Positions 24,260 through 33,725 of a stretch of DNA of 64,000 nt are shown here, piece after piece. The notes under the pieces are model-generated. The model saw nothing but the letters and a program-made list of their open reading frames with translations, was not told the DNA's origin and did not search any database. The stretch covers positions 1,075 to 65,074 of the forward strand of contig CASGAD010000031.1 of NCBI GenBank assembly GCA_949299335.1, read 5' to 3'. This stretch comes from an uncultured bacterium. Its GTDB lineage: Bacteria > Bacillota_I > Bacilli_A > RFN20 > CAG-826. Both the position numbers and the translations under genes were made by a program. Within the stretch, counting starts at the first letter, position 1, and each line of letters starts with the position of its first letter.

Positions 24260-24463
24260 TTACCCTCTAATTGATTCAAAAGCATCTCTAAGTTGAGCAA
24301 CTAAAATTCCACTAGCATAATCTTCCAAAACAAGGAATATTGCAGCAAATAAAGTAATGCATATAACGACGGCAACCGCAGGAAAGAAAACATCCTTTTT
24401 AGGCCATCTTACACGCTTTCCTTCTCTAAAAACACCTTTGAAATAATTTCCGATTTTTTTCAT
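24260..24463 (-). CDS. secE: Preprotein translocase subunit SecE
   Basis: EGKRVRWP motif plus single TM helix, upstream of nusG. Confidence 0.9.
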   Translation of the reverse strand: MKKIGNYFKGVFREGKRVRWPKKDVFFPAVAVVICITLFAAIFLVLEDYASGILVAQLRDAFESIRG

Positions 24464-24474
24464 TGCTAATTCTC

Positions 24475-24624
24475 CTATTTGCTCTCTTTATGAACTGTAT
24501 ATTTTCCACAATGAGGACAAAACTTTCGAAATTCAAGTCGAGTTGTACTATCTTCAACTCTTTTGGTAGTTGTATAATTTCTAGAAAGACATTCAGAGCA
24601 AATTAAAATAACTTTTTTTCTCAT
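24475..24624 (-). CDS. rpmG: 50S ribosomal protein L33 (Zn-binding C+ type), 49 aa
   Basis: Below ORF-track cutoff. Manual translation [49 protein letters not shown]; GAGGA SD; synteny. Confidence 0.95.
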   Translation of the reverse strand: MRKKVILICSECLSRNYTTTKRVEDSTTRLEFRKFCPHCGKYTVHKESK

Positions 24625-24656
24625 AATTCATCCTCTATATTTATAAACTATCATAA

Positions 24657-24685
24657 ATGATAAATATAAGTAAGCACATTGTCAA
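24657..24685 (-). promoter_or_regulatory. Sigma70 promoter for rpmG-secE-nusG
   Basis: TTGACA-17 bp-TATCAT. Confidence 0.7.
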
Positions 24686-24723
24686 ATGATATAAATTAGC
24701 AGAGAGCATTTTTAAAGTTTCGT

Positions 24724-25308
24724 TTAGTATTCTTCTGTTACTAAAATATTACGTAATTTAAATATCATGTTATCGAACATTCTTTTGGTCTTATTATAAC
24801 TAAAATGTAATTTTTGAGAAATTTCATTAATATTGTATCCAAGATGATAAAAATTAATAATTGCTACTTCGTTATAATCGAATTTTTCACGATTATTATC
24901 AACAAATTTTAAAACTTCTGCATCTGATAAAGCTTTTCTAGTAGGATCAAAAGAAATATTTTTGTTTTTAGCACTTATTTCTTCTTGATCTTCTAGTCTT
25001 TCAAATGGAACTTGTCCCTTATAGTAATTTCTATTTTTAAGTATCAAGTTTAAAATACAATATTCATATCTTTTTCTAAGGTATGATTCAAAATTTTCAA
25101 AATGCATATTTTCATTTTTAAAAATGATATAAATTGCATCAGCGATACAACTAAAAATATCGGCTTCATTACATCCGTATTTTTGACCAATTCTTACATA
25201 TCTTGCGTACACAGGATATAAAATCTTTACGCAATCGTTATAAAAAACTTTTTGATAAGCTATTTCTGTTCGAGCTCTCTCTAGTAATATCTCGTAATTA
25301 CCTTTCAT
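24724..25308 (-). CDS. Divergent sigma70-family factor at the sigH locus
   Basis: About 194 aa from ATG 25308 (GGTGA SD); C-terminal region-4 HTH (LGYNINEISQKLHFSYNKTKRMFDNMIFKLR); sits between rlmB and rpmG like sigH. Confidence 0.65.
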   Translation of the reverse strand: MKGNYEILLERARTEIAYQKVFYNDCVKILYPVYARYVRIGQKYGCNEADIFSCIADAIYIIFKNENMHFENFESYLRKRYEYCILNLILKNRNYYKGQVPFERLEDQEEISAKNKNISFDPTRKALSDAEVLKFVDNNREKFDYNEVAIINFYHLGYNINEISQKLHFSYNKTKRMFDNMIFKLRNILVTEEY

Positions 25309-25315
25309 TTCACCA

Positions 25316-26020
25316 CTACTGGCCATTTCGAATTGCATACAATGCGATTCCACAAGCAACGCTAGCATTCAAGCAATTTACTTTACCAAACATAGGAATT
25401 TTAAGGATTAAATCACAATTTTCCTTAACTAGTCTAGAAATTCCAAAGCCCTCTGAACCTGTTACAATTAATAACGGGACATCTTTTGGAGTATCTTTTA
25501 AAGTTTGGTTACTATCTCCATCAAGACCTATGACCCAAAAGCCATTTTCTTTAAATTTCTTAATAGCTTGAGTTAAATTGGTTACTTCCGCACATTTAAC
25601 AAAGTTTGCCGCACCTGTTGAAACTTTTATAACAGTATCATTAAGTGATACTTGACCTCTTTTTTTATAAACTATTCCACTAACATCAAAAGCATCACTG
25701 CTTCTTAAAATAGCACCTAGGTTATGAGGATCATTTAATTCATCAAGCATGACAACAATAGGGTTTTTCTTCTTTTTGGCGATAGCAAAAATTTCATCCA
25801 GTCCAACTGTATGAATATCTTTTACTTGTGCTACAGCACCTTGTGATCCCTTAAATATAGTGTCCAGTTTATCTTTAGACACAATTTCATAATTTACGTG
25901 TAACTCTTTTATTAATTTCAAGACGCTGTCATTTTTAAAATTTTCTGTCATGAAAACCTTAATAACAGTCCTTGCTTCTAGAGCAGCTCTAATAGAGTTA
26001 GTATTCCCAATTATACGCAT
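25316..26020 (-). CDS. rlmB: 23S rRNA (Gm2251) 2'-O-methyltransferase, TrmH family
   Basis: DPHNLGAILRS, GSEGFG, IPMFGKVNCLNASVA; ATG 26020 after AAGGAG. Confidence 0.92.
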   Translation of the reverse strand: MRIIGNTNSIRAALEARTVIKVFMTENFKNDSVLKLIKELHVNYEIVSKDKLDTIFKGSQGAVAQVKDIHTVGLDEIFAIAKKKKNPIVVMLDELNDPHNLGAILRSSDAFDVSGIVYKKRGQVSLNDTVIKVSTGAANFVKCAEVTNLTQAIKKFKENGFWVIGLDGDSNQTLKDTPKDVPLLIVTGSEGFGISRLVKENCDLILKIPMFGKVNCLNASVACGIALYAIRNGQ

Positions 26021-26072
26021 TTCTAATCTCCTTTTAAACACTTTTTTGCAAAAAAGTTAAAAATTTTTAAAT

Positions 26073-27422
26073 TTATAAGATTTTTTTCTCAAAAAGTTGT
26101 TTTCTTAACGTGTCCGATTTTTCAAAATCTTTATTTTTCTTAGCCTCAATATATTCGTTATAAAGGTCTAGATCATCTTTATTGAACTTATTAGGTTTAA
26201 AGCTAAGTCCTAAAATGAATGATATATTCACAAGTGTATAAAAATATTCCTTAATTGCTTTAAAGTCTTTTTCACGTTTTCTCAATTCAATGTTTGAATT
26301 TTTAATTACTTCAAGCATGGCGGTAATACCATTAGCAATATTTATGTCATTACTTAATGCTTCTAAAAATGGTTCAATGCCATTCGAAGGCTTATATCCC
26401 TCTTGGAAAAGGTTATTTACATTCATTTCAAGGTTTAATTGCTTGAAAACAGTTTCAAATTTTTGAAGAATTGAGTGGGAATCTGCAATGGTTTCGTCGC
26501 TAAAATTGATGATACTTCTATATGGGGCATTTAATAAAGTTAATCTAATTAAATCTCCTCCATATTCTTTAATAGCATCTTTAGCTAATATAACATTGCC
26601 TAAAGATTTAGACATTTTTTCACCCTTGATATTCATCATGGCGTTATGGATCCAATAGTTTGCTAGATGATTATGATGCATTGCTTCCGCTTGAGCAATT
26701 TCATTCTCATGATGAGGGAAACGTAAATCCATTCCTCCTCCATGAATGTCAATCATACCGTTAAAAATCGTATCAATCATGACACAACATTCTGTATGCC
26801 ATCCAGGTCTACCATCACACCAAGGGGTATGCCATTTTATGCCTTTTTCTGTTTTCTTCCATAATAAGAAGTCTAAAGGGCTCTTTTTCTTTGTGTTTTC
26901 TTCAACACGAGCTCCACTTATCAAACTATCTTTGTCTATTTTTGAGAGCTCACCATATTTATCATCCTTTAAAACATCAAAGAATACCTCTCCATCATTA
27001 ACATAAGCAGCATCTAATTGAACTAATTTATCAATATAACTGATAATTGAATCCATATAATCCGTAACTTTAGGATTTGCGTATGCTTTTTGAACATTTA
27101 ACTCTCTTAAACAATTAAAGTATTCATTTATATAATGAGTAGTAATCTCTTTTTCAGTAGTATTATTTTCAATGGCTTTATTGATAATTTTATCATCTAC
27201 ATCTGTAATGTTAGAAACGTACTTTACATTATATCCGATATATTTAAGAAACCTAGAAAATGTGTCGAAGAAAACTACCGGTCTCATATTTCCAATATGT
27301 GGATCGTTATAAACTGTTGGTCCACATACATACATACTGACCTCCCCTTCTTTAATAGGTTTAAATACTTCAATATCGTTTGTAAGCGTGTTATAAAATT
27401 TAATCTCTCTCATAATCTTCAT
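26073..27422 (-). CDS. cysS: Cysteine--tRNA ligase (start may be ATG 27413)
   Basis: CGPTVY, HIGN, GRPGWHTEC, FPHHENE, KMSKS. Confidence 0.98.
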   Translation of the reverse strand: MKIMREIKFYNTLTNDIEVFKPIKEGEVSMYVCGPTVYNDPHIGNMRPVVFFDTFSRFLKYIGYNVKYVSNITDVDDKIINKAIENNTTEKEITTHYINEYFNCLRELNVQKAYANPKVTDYMDSIISYIDKLVQLDAAYVNDGEVFFDVLKDDKYGELSKIDKDSLISGARVEENTKKKSPLDFLLWKKTEKGIKWHTPWCDGRPGWHTECCVMIDTIFNGMIDIHGGGMDLRFPHHENEIAQAEAMHHNHLANYWIHNAMMNIKGEKMSKSLGNVILAKDAIKEYGGDLIRLTLLNAPYRSIINFSDETIADSHSILQKFETVFKQLNLEMNVNNLFQEGYKPSNGIEPFLEALSNDINIANGITAMLEVIKNSNIELRKREKDFKAIKEYFYTLVNISFILGLSFKPNKFNKDDLDLYNEYIEAKKNKDFEKSDTLRKQLFEKKIL

Positions 27423-27570
27423 CCAATCTAATAAATAATATCATAATGTATCGTTTCCTTCATTAATTAACATTAAAATCAATATTTAGACTTTTAATTT
27501 TGCTCTCCTTAAAGTCTATATTTTTATACTTGTTTCCGTTATAATATTTGAGACACACAGGAGGATGACT

Positions 27571-28572
27571 ATGGAAGAAAGGAAAAGAGCTTTAAGTGGT
27601 ATTAAACCAACAGGTAACCTAACATTAGGTAACTATATAGGTGCATTAAGGGAATTTAAGAAATTTCAAGATGATTATGAAACTTTCATTTTTATTGCTG
27701 ATTTACACGCATTAACCTTGCCAATAGAACCTTCTTTTTTAAAAAATAATACAAAAGATATCGTGGCTTTTTATTTAGCAGCTGGTTTGGATCCTCAGAA
27801 AACGACAATCTTTTTGCAAAGTGACGTAAGTGCTCACGCTGAATTAAATTCAATTTTGATTAACTTCTTATACATGGGCGAACTTAGTAGAATGACTCAA
27901 TTCAAAGAGAAATCTCAAAAGTTAAATCATGAAGCAATTGGTGTTGGTTTATTTGCTTACCCAGTTTTAATGGCTAGTGACATTCTTTTATACAACGCTG
28001 ACATTGTTCCGGTTGGCGATGATCAAACTCAACACGTTGAATTAACACGTGACCTAGTCCATAGATTTAATGAACGTTATAAAAAAGAAGTCTTCATTAT
28101 GCCTAAAGCTGTTAAACCAAAGGTAGGCTCTCGAATCATGTCCCTTTCTGATCCTACTAGAAAAATGTCAAAGTCCGACCCAAAAGGTGATATCTTCTTA
28201 AAAGATGATATAAACATAATTAGAAAAAAGATAATGTCTGCTGTAACCGATACAGGTCACGAAATTAAATATGACCCAGAAAATAAACCTGGTATCTCAA
28301 ATTTATTGACAATTTATGCTTCTTTAAGTGATATCACTATTGAAGAAGCTGAAAATAAATTCAAAGATATAACCCAATATGGTGAATTTAAGAAAACTGT
28401 TGCAGATAAAGTTATTGAAGTAATTGAACCATTTCAACAAAGATATAAAGAAATCTTAAATAGTGGCGTGATTGACCAAGTTTTGAGCGAAGGTGCTAAA
28501 AGAGCTTCCTATATAGCAAATAAAACTTTGCGTAAAGTTAAAAAAACTGTAGGACTATATTTACATGAGTAG
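27571..28572 (+). CDS. trpS: Tryptophan--tRNA ligase
   Basis: SGIKPTG, TLGNYIGA, YPVLMASDIL, VPVGDDQ, KMSKS; start chosen from GGAGG spacing. Confidence 0.97.
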   Translation: MEERKRALSGIKPTGNLTLGNYIGALREFKKFQDDYETFIFIADLHALTLPIEPSFLKNNTKDIVAFYLAAGLDPQKTTIFLQSDVSAHAELNSILINFLYMGELSRMTQFKEKSQKLNHEAIGVGLFAYPVLMASDILLYNADIVPVGDDQTQHVELTRDLVHRFNERYKKEVFIMPKAVKPKVGSRIMSLSDPTRKMSKSDPKGDIFLKDDINIIRKKIMSAVTDTGHEIKYDPENKPGISNLLTIYASLSDITIEEAENKFKDITQYGEFKKTVADKVIEVIEPFQQRYKEILNSGVIDQVLSEGAKRASYIANKTLRKVKKTVGLYLHE

Positions 28573-29398
28573 GAAACAAGCCAAATATTTAATTGCTTTA
28601 GACCTTGATGGTACACTTTTAAATGATGAAAAAACCATTTCACCACTAAATCAAAAAATTCTTACATACTTAGAAAACCAAGGAAACAAAGTAGTTTTAT
28701 GTAGTGGGCGTGCTTTACGAAGCGTTTCTTATTATTATGACATTTTAAATTTAAAACATTCTCCAGTCATAACTTACAATGGACATTTAGTAAAAGATTT
28801 ACATGATATAAATTTTCCAGAAATTTCCTATTCTTTAAACCAAAATACAGTAAAGTTAATTTATAAGGAACTATTCGAAAAGAAATTAATTACTTCAGCT
28901 ATGAGCGAAAGCTTATCTACCATTTATTGCGATGACACAGAAGACAATTTTCTTTTTGCCTTTTATGACACTAAAAACATGGTGGTAAAACCAGGACTAT
29001 TGCATGAAACAATCGATGAAAATGTTTTTACTTGTGTCTTTAAATATGAAACCGGTCACGGGCACGAAGAAAAAATAAAATGCGTAGTAGAAAAATTTCC
29101 AGATGTTAAAGTTCGTTTTTGGTTTGGAGGTAACTATTGCGAGCTTTACATTGAAGATGTTTCTAAAGCTAGAGCTATAAAACATGTCGCTAAATATTAC
29201 GGTATCCCGGAAGACAACATTTATGCCTTTGGAGATTCTGATAACGACAGAGAAATGTTAAGAGAACTTAAAAATTCTTATTTAATGAAAAACGGAAACC
29301 CAACTTTAATACCTGATGCAAAGCATATAACTACTTACACAAATAATGACGATGGAGTTGGTGTCGAGCTTATAAAGATTTTCAAATTAAAAATTTAA
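28565..29398 (+). CDS. Cof-type HAD-IIB hydrolase
   Basis: DLDGTLL, SGR, SKA, FGDSDND, NNDDGV. Confidence 0.93.
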   Translation: MSRKQAKYLIALDLDGTLLNDEKTISPLNQKILTYLENQGNKVVLCSGRALRSVSYYYDILNLKHSPVITYNGHLVKDLHDINFPEISYSLNQNTVKLIYKELFEKKLITSAMSESLSTIYCDDTEDNFLFAFYDTKNMVVKPGLLHETIDENVFTCVFKYETGHGHEEKIKCVVEKFPDVKVRFWFGGNYCELYIEDVSKARAIKHVAKYYGIPEDNIYAFGDSDNDREMLRELKNSYLMKNGNPTLIPDAKHITTYTNNDDGVGVELIKIFKLKI

Positions 29399-29455
29399 AA
29401 AGTACGTCCTAATTGCTGCTCTTACTAGTACAACAAGTCGAAACGTACTTTTTTT
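29397..29455. terminator. Long inverted repeat / probable bidirectional terminator between convergent genes
   Basis: AAAAAGTACGT...ACGTACTTTTT arms with a partly paired interior. Confidence 0.6.
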
Positions 29456-29473
29456 CTATTTTATTTAATTGTT

Positions 29474-31168
29474 TTAAAAATTTTTATCATCAAAAGAATT
29501 AAGAACCTTCACTTGAGGCTTAATAACTTTTTTTACATTTCCATCAACGAATGGATTTCTTAATTTAGCTTTTTCTAATAAAGTTAAGAAAGGATATTTT
29601 CCACCCATTTTAAGCAATTTTATATATTTTTTCCAGGCTCTTGCATGGTTTTTATCCATAATACACTTAAATTCCAAAGCAATTACTTGTGCTAAAGTAT
29701 AGTCAATATAATAGAAAGGGGTGCAGAAAATATGAGATTGTTTAACCCGATACTTTCCATTTTTTAAATAATCAAAGCCCTCATAATTAAGCCATGGTCT
29801 ATATTTTTTCTCGAGTTCGGACCATTTTTTGCACCTCTCTTCATGAGTTGCATTTGGATTTTCATAAACATAATGTTGGAATTCATCCACTTCCACACCA
29901 TAAGGTAAAAATGAAATTGCGCTATCTAAATGTGAAAATTTATACTTCTCTGCTTGATCTTTAAAGAAAAGATTCATCCAAGGCCATGCAAAGAATTCCA
30001 TAGACATAGAATCAATTTCACAAGCTTCTAAAGTAGGCATTCTATATTCTGGTACCATGACATTGGCACATAAGTATCCTTGGAAAGCGTGACCAACTTC
30101 ATGAGTTAATGTATCAACATCATTACTTGTTCCATTACTATTTGCAAATATAAATGGTGACTTATACTTAGGAATAAAGGTCATATAGCCTCCGCCTCTT
30201 TTCCCGGCCTTAGCGTCTAAATCCATCAAGTGATTATCAACCATAAAGTCAAAAAATTTACCAGATGTTTCACTCATTTCATGATACATTTTACTAGCGC
30301 ACGAAACCAAATATTCTGTGTCTCCACATGGCTTTGCATTTCCACTTAAATAGTCTAAATTATAATCTAAAAATAATGGCTTTTTGATTCCTAATCTTTC
30401 TGCTTGTCTTTTTCTTAATTTTTTAACTACAGGGACAACTGTTTCATAAATTTGATCTCTATAGCCTTTAACCATCTCGCTATTATAATCTAATCTTTCA
30501 AGTCTTAAATAACCTAGTTCCGTATAACTTTTAAATCCTAATTTATGAGCGATTTCTGTCCTTGTTTTAACAAGTTCATCATATATTTCTCCAAATCTTT
30601 TATCGTTTTCTTCTAAGAATCCATAAAATAATTTGGCTGCTTCAATTCTTGTATTTCTATCAGAATCACTTAAAAACTTACCTAATTGACTAAGATTTCT
30701 TTTTTCACCTTTATACTCAATTTGAGCACTAGCCATAAGTTTTTCATATTCAGTTACAAGTTTATTTTCCTTTTGCAAATCTGGGATAATACTTTCATTA
30801 AAAGTTTTGAAACTTGCTTCAATTTTATCAAAATAAAATTTACCGAATTTTTCTTCTAATTCAGGTTTAAATTTAGAGGCTACTAATGCTTTTTTAAAGT
30901 TTTGTGTATATCCATTGATTATTGGAAAAATTTCATCGCATACTTCCATAGCTTTTTCATAAACTTCATCTTGTGTATTTATTGAATTCCTAATAGAAAT
31001 AATTGTAATCTCACTTTCCAATTCATCAGAAACTTTAAAAAAGTCTTTAACGACTTTAATAGCCTCTTCTTTAGTTGACGCATTGTTAATTCTTTCTACA
31101 AGTTTTTTAAATGTTTTTTCTGCCTTTTTTAAATTTGGCACAATTAATGGCATTTCTTCAAATTTCAT
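29474..31168 (-). CDS. M3B oligoendopeptidase (PepF/Pz-peptidase family)
   Basis: HEVGH zinc motif, EIDSMSMEF, QSHIF...PFYYIDYTLAQ; contains the diagnostic CGG codon at 29747-29749. Confidence 0.95.
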   Translation of the reverse strand: MKFEEMPLIVPNLKKAEKTFKKLVERINNASTKEEAIKVVKDFFKVSDELESEITIISIRNSINTQDEVYEKAMEVCDEIFPIINGYTQNFKKALVASKFKPELEEKFGKFYFDKIEASFKTFNESIIPDLQKENKLVTEYEKLMASAQIEYKGEKRNLSQLGKFLSDSDRNTRIEAAKLFYGFLEENDKRFGEIYDELVKTRTEIAHKLGFKSYTELGYLRLERLDYNSEMVKGYRDQIYETVVPVVKKLRKRQAERLGIKKPLFLDYNLDYLSGNAKPCGDTEYLVSCASKMYHEMSETSGKFFDFMVDNHLMDLDAKAGKRGGGYMTFIPKYKSPFIFANSNGTSNDVDTLTHEVGHAFQGYLCANVMVPEYRMPTLEACEIDSMSMEFFAWPWMNLFFKDQAEKYKFSHLDSAISFLPYGVEVDEFQHYVYENPNATHEERCKKWSELEKKYRPWLNYEGFDYLKNGKYRVKQSHIFCTPFYYIDYTLAQVIALEFKCIMDKNHARAWKKYIKLLKMGGKYPFLTLLEKAKLRNPFVDGNVKKVIKPQVKVLNSFDDKNF

Positions 31169-31179
31169 CGATTACATCC

Positions 31180-31737
31180 TCACTTTATCGTATTAATATT
31201 TTTAATAAATAACAAATTTTTAATCCATCTTGTTGAAAATAAATTTCTCCAATAGTTATATCCGATTACGTTGGTATTATATAACTGTATAGCTTGTAAA
31301 TATTTGTTATTTAATTCACTAATAGTTAAAAATAAATCCCTTACAAAAGACTCTTTATCTTCAATAGCGTATGTAACATATGCTTTTTGAACATAACTAA
31401 GCATTTTTTCAAGAAAATTATAAAAGTCTTCAAATTCTTCTACTTTAAGTTCGGTGAATTTTTTATACTCTTCGTTATTTAAATATCTAACTATTGGTGT
31501 GTCGTTTGCCAATTTATCTCGATATAATGCAGATAATTTTAACAAACAATCATTTTTTTGGTATAAAATTAAATTAATTGATTGTTTCCCTTTTTTTAAT
31601 TTACGTTTAAAGACATGCATAAAAGTAAATGATAGAACCACTACCATTACATACACTAGTAAGCATAATACTACCAAGACAATAATCGCAATTAAAATCG
31701 CGGTATAATCAACACTTATTAACTTTTCCAAAAACAT
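31180..31737 (-). CDS. Membrane protein, divergent LemA-like
   Basis: N-terminal TM helix, helical body, C-terminal LYNTNVIGYN resembling the LemA YNxxVxxYN motif. Confidence 0.55.
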   Translation of the reverse strand: MFLEKLISVDYTAILIAIIVLVVLCLLVYVMVVVLSFTFMHVFKRKLKKGKQSINLILYQKNDCLLKLSALYRDKLANDTPIVRYLNNEEYKKFTELKVEEFEDFYNFLEKMLSYVQKAYVTYAIEDKESFVRDLFLTISELNNKYLQAIQLYNTNVIGYNYWRNLFSTRWIKNLLFIKNINTIK

Positions 31738-31808
31738 ATTGTTAAAATATCACCTTTTTTGACTAAAATCCATTATTTTGATAGAGTTTACATAGGAGAT
31801 TAGATGAA

Positions 31809-32642
31809 ATGAATAAACCAATTATTGCTTTAATGTACGATTTTGATAGGACTTTAGCACTCTCAGATATGCAAAATTTTTCATTCATTCCTAAACTAGG
31901 CTACACTCCAGAAGAATTTTGGGGACTTACTGAAGAATTTTGTAAAAAATATGACATGGACAAAATATTAGGTTACTTGTACATGATGATAAAACTCTCT
32001 AAAGTAAAAAATATAAAATTAACAAAAGAGTTCTTATATGAATGTGGTAAAAATATTAAATTCTACGATGGAGTCACAACCTGGTTTAATAGAATAAACG
32101 AATATGCAAAAAGTAAAGGTATAATTTGTGAACACTATTTAATCACTAGCGGTAATAAAGAAATAGTTGAAGGCTGTCCTATATATAAAGAATTTAAACA
32201 AGTTTTTGGATGCGAATACTTGTTTGACGAATCTGGAGAAGCTTTCTGGCCACGTTCTATGATTAATTACACTTTAAAAACTCAATATATTTTTAGAGTT
32301 TCGAAAAACGCTATTGATTCTAACGATGATAGAAAAGTAAACGAAAAAACACCTCAAAGACGTATCATTTATCAAAATATGATTTATCTCGGTGACGGAA
32401 TGACTGATGTTCCTTGTATGGTTTTAGTTAAGCAAAACGGAGGAACAAGTATAGCTGTTTATCCAAAAGGAAAGAGCCAACAAGTTGCCCACTTATTTGA
32501 GGATGGCAGAGTAAATTATATTTGTAAAGCAGACTATAGCGCAGGCTCTGAATTGGAAAAAGTTGTTAAATTGATTATTGACGGCATTTCTGTTAGAGAA
32601 ACTCTTGAGGAAAAAAGAGAAAGAACAGAAAAAATATTATGA
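31809..32642 (+). CDS. HAD-like hydrolase
   Basis: YDFDRTL, ITSG, KTQ, YLGDGMTDVP; GGAG SD. Confidence 0.9.
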   Translation: MNKPIIALMYDFDRTLALSDMQNFSFIPKLGYTPEEFWGLTEEFCKKYDMDKILGYLYMMIKLSKVKNIKLTKEFLYECGKNIKFYDGVTTWFNRINEYAKSKGIICEHYLITSGNKEIVEGCPIYKEFKQVFGCEYLFDESGEAFWPRSMINYTLKTQYIFRVSKNAIDSNDDRKVNEKTPQRRIIYQNMIYLGDGMTDVPCMVLVKQNGGTSIAVYPKGKSQQVAHLFEDGRVNYICKADYSAGSELEKVVKLIIDGISVRETLEEKRERTEKIL

Positions 32643-33334
32643 TTTATGCTCTTCTAATGATGGCTGGCTCATCATCACGAATGGGCCTTGATATTCCTAA
32701 GCAATACATCGAAATCAATGGAAAATATTTATTTGAGTATCCATTAGAAACTTTTGATAACAATAAATCAATTGACCGTATTGTTTTAATTATCAATGAA
32801 GACTATAAAGAAAAAGTAAAATCCATTATAAATTCTAGAAATTATAGACATGAAATTGAAATTATAATTGGTGGATCAACTCGCCAAGAAAGTGTTTTTA
32901 ATGGCCTTAAATATTTATACGAAGACGAAAAATCATCAGAAAAGGATTATGTCTTAATTCACGACGCTTGTAGAACCTTATTAACTGATAAATTAATTAA
33001 TGAAATCATAAATAATCTTCAAGAAAATGTTTCAGTTGTCCCTGCACTTGGTTCTTCTGATTCCATTTGTCTTAGTGATGAAGGAAATTATATTGAAAAG
33101 TCATTAGATCGCTCTAATTATTATCTACTACAAACTCCTCAAGCTTTTAATCTTTACTTTATTTTTAAAGCGCATAAAAACGCTATTAAAGATAACATAA
33201 ACAATTTTACAGACGACACTTCACTTGCTATAATATGCGGTGGTAAAGTTAAAATTATCAAGGGTGACAAATTTAACTTTAAAGTTACAACTTTTGAAGA
33301 TTTGTTTATAATCAAAAAAATAATTGGAAATTAG
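32639..33334 (+). CDS. ispD: 2-C-methyl-D-erythritol 4-phosphate cytidylyltransferase (IspD/TarI family)
   Basis: AGSSSRM, PKQY, GGSTRQESV, IHDACR, QTPQ, TDD, KVTT. Confidence 0.85.
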   Translation: MIYALLMMAGSSSRMGLDIPKQYIEINGKYLFEYPLETFDNNKSIDRIVLIINEDYKEKVKSIINSRNYRHEIEIIIGGSTRQESVFNGLKYLYEDEKSSEKDYVLIHDACRTLLTDKLINEIINNLQENVSVVPALGSSDSICLSDEGNYIEKSLDRSNYYLLQTPQAFNLYFIFKAHKNAIKDNINNFTDDTSLAIICGGKVKIIKGDKFNFKVTTFEDLFIIKKIIGN

Positions 33335-33335
33335 T

Positions 33336-33725
33336 ATGTATCAATCAATAAGTTATAAGGAAAACGACATTACAAAGGGGATAGTAACCAGTATTAAAAA
33401 ATATGGTGCTTTTTTATCTTTTGAAGGCGGATACATCGGCTTATTGCATATTAGCGAAATTTCTACAAACTTCGTTAATAACATTGGTACATTTTTCAAA
33501 GTTGGAGATGTAATTACTGTCTTAATTAAGTCTATTGATAAAAATACAAAATTCCTTAAATTATCCATTAAAGATTTACCAGATGATTTGAACGAATTTA
33601 AAGAGATTTTGCCATCAAAAAAAGTAACTACATACATTAAGGATATTGATTTTTCTAAACTAGAAAAAATCTTACCTAAAATGATACAAGACGAGCTTGA
33701 GAGGGAGAAACACTATGAAGTTTGA
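33336..33725 (+). CDS. S1 RNA-binding domain protein (YugI/CvfD-like)
   Basis: GIVTSIKKYGAF, GLLHISEIS, LSIK; adjacent to pgi. Confidence 0.88.
   Translation: MYQSISYKENDITKGIVTSIKKYGAFLSFEGGYIGLLHISEISTNFVNNIGTFFKVGDVITVLIKSIDKNTKFLKLSIKDLPDDLNEFKEILPSKKVTTYIKDIDFSKLEKILPKMIQDELEREKHYEV

Noticed and set aside
24475-28572. CGA reassignment alongside CGG
   Set aside because: CGA sits at conserved Arg in rpmG (RLEF), trpS (GSRIMSL) and the P-type ATPase (GFRVL).
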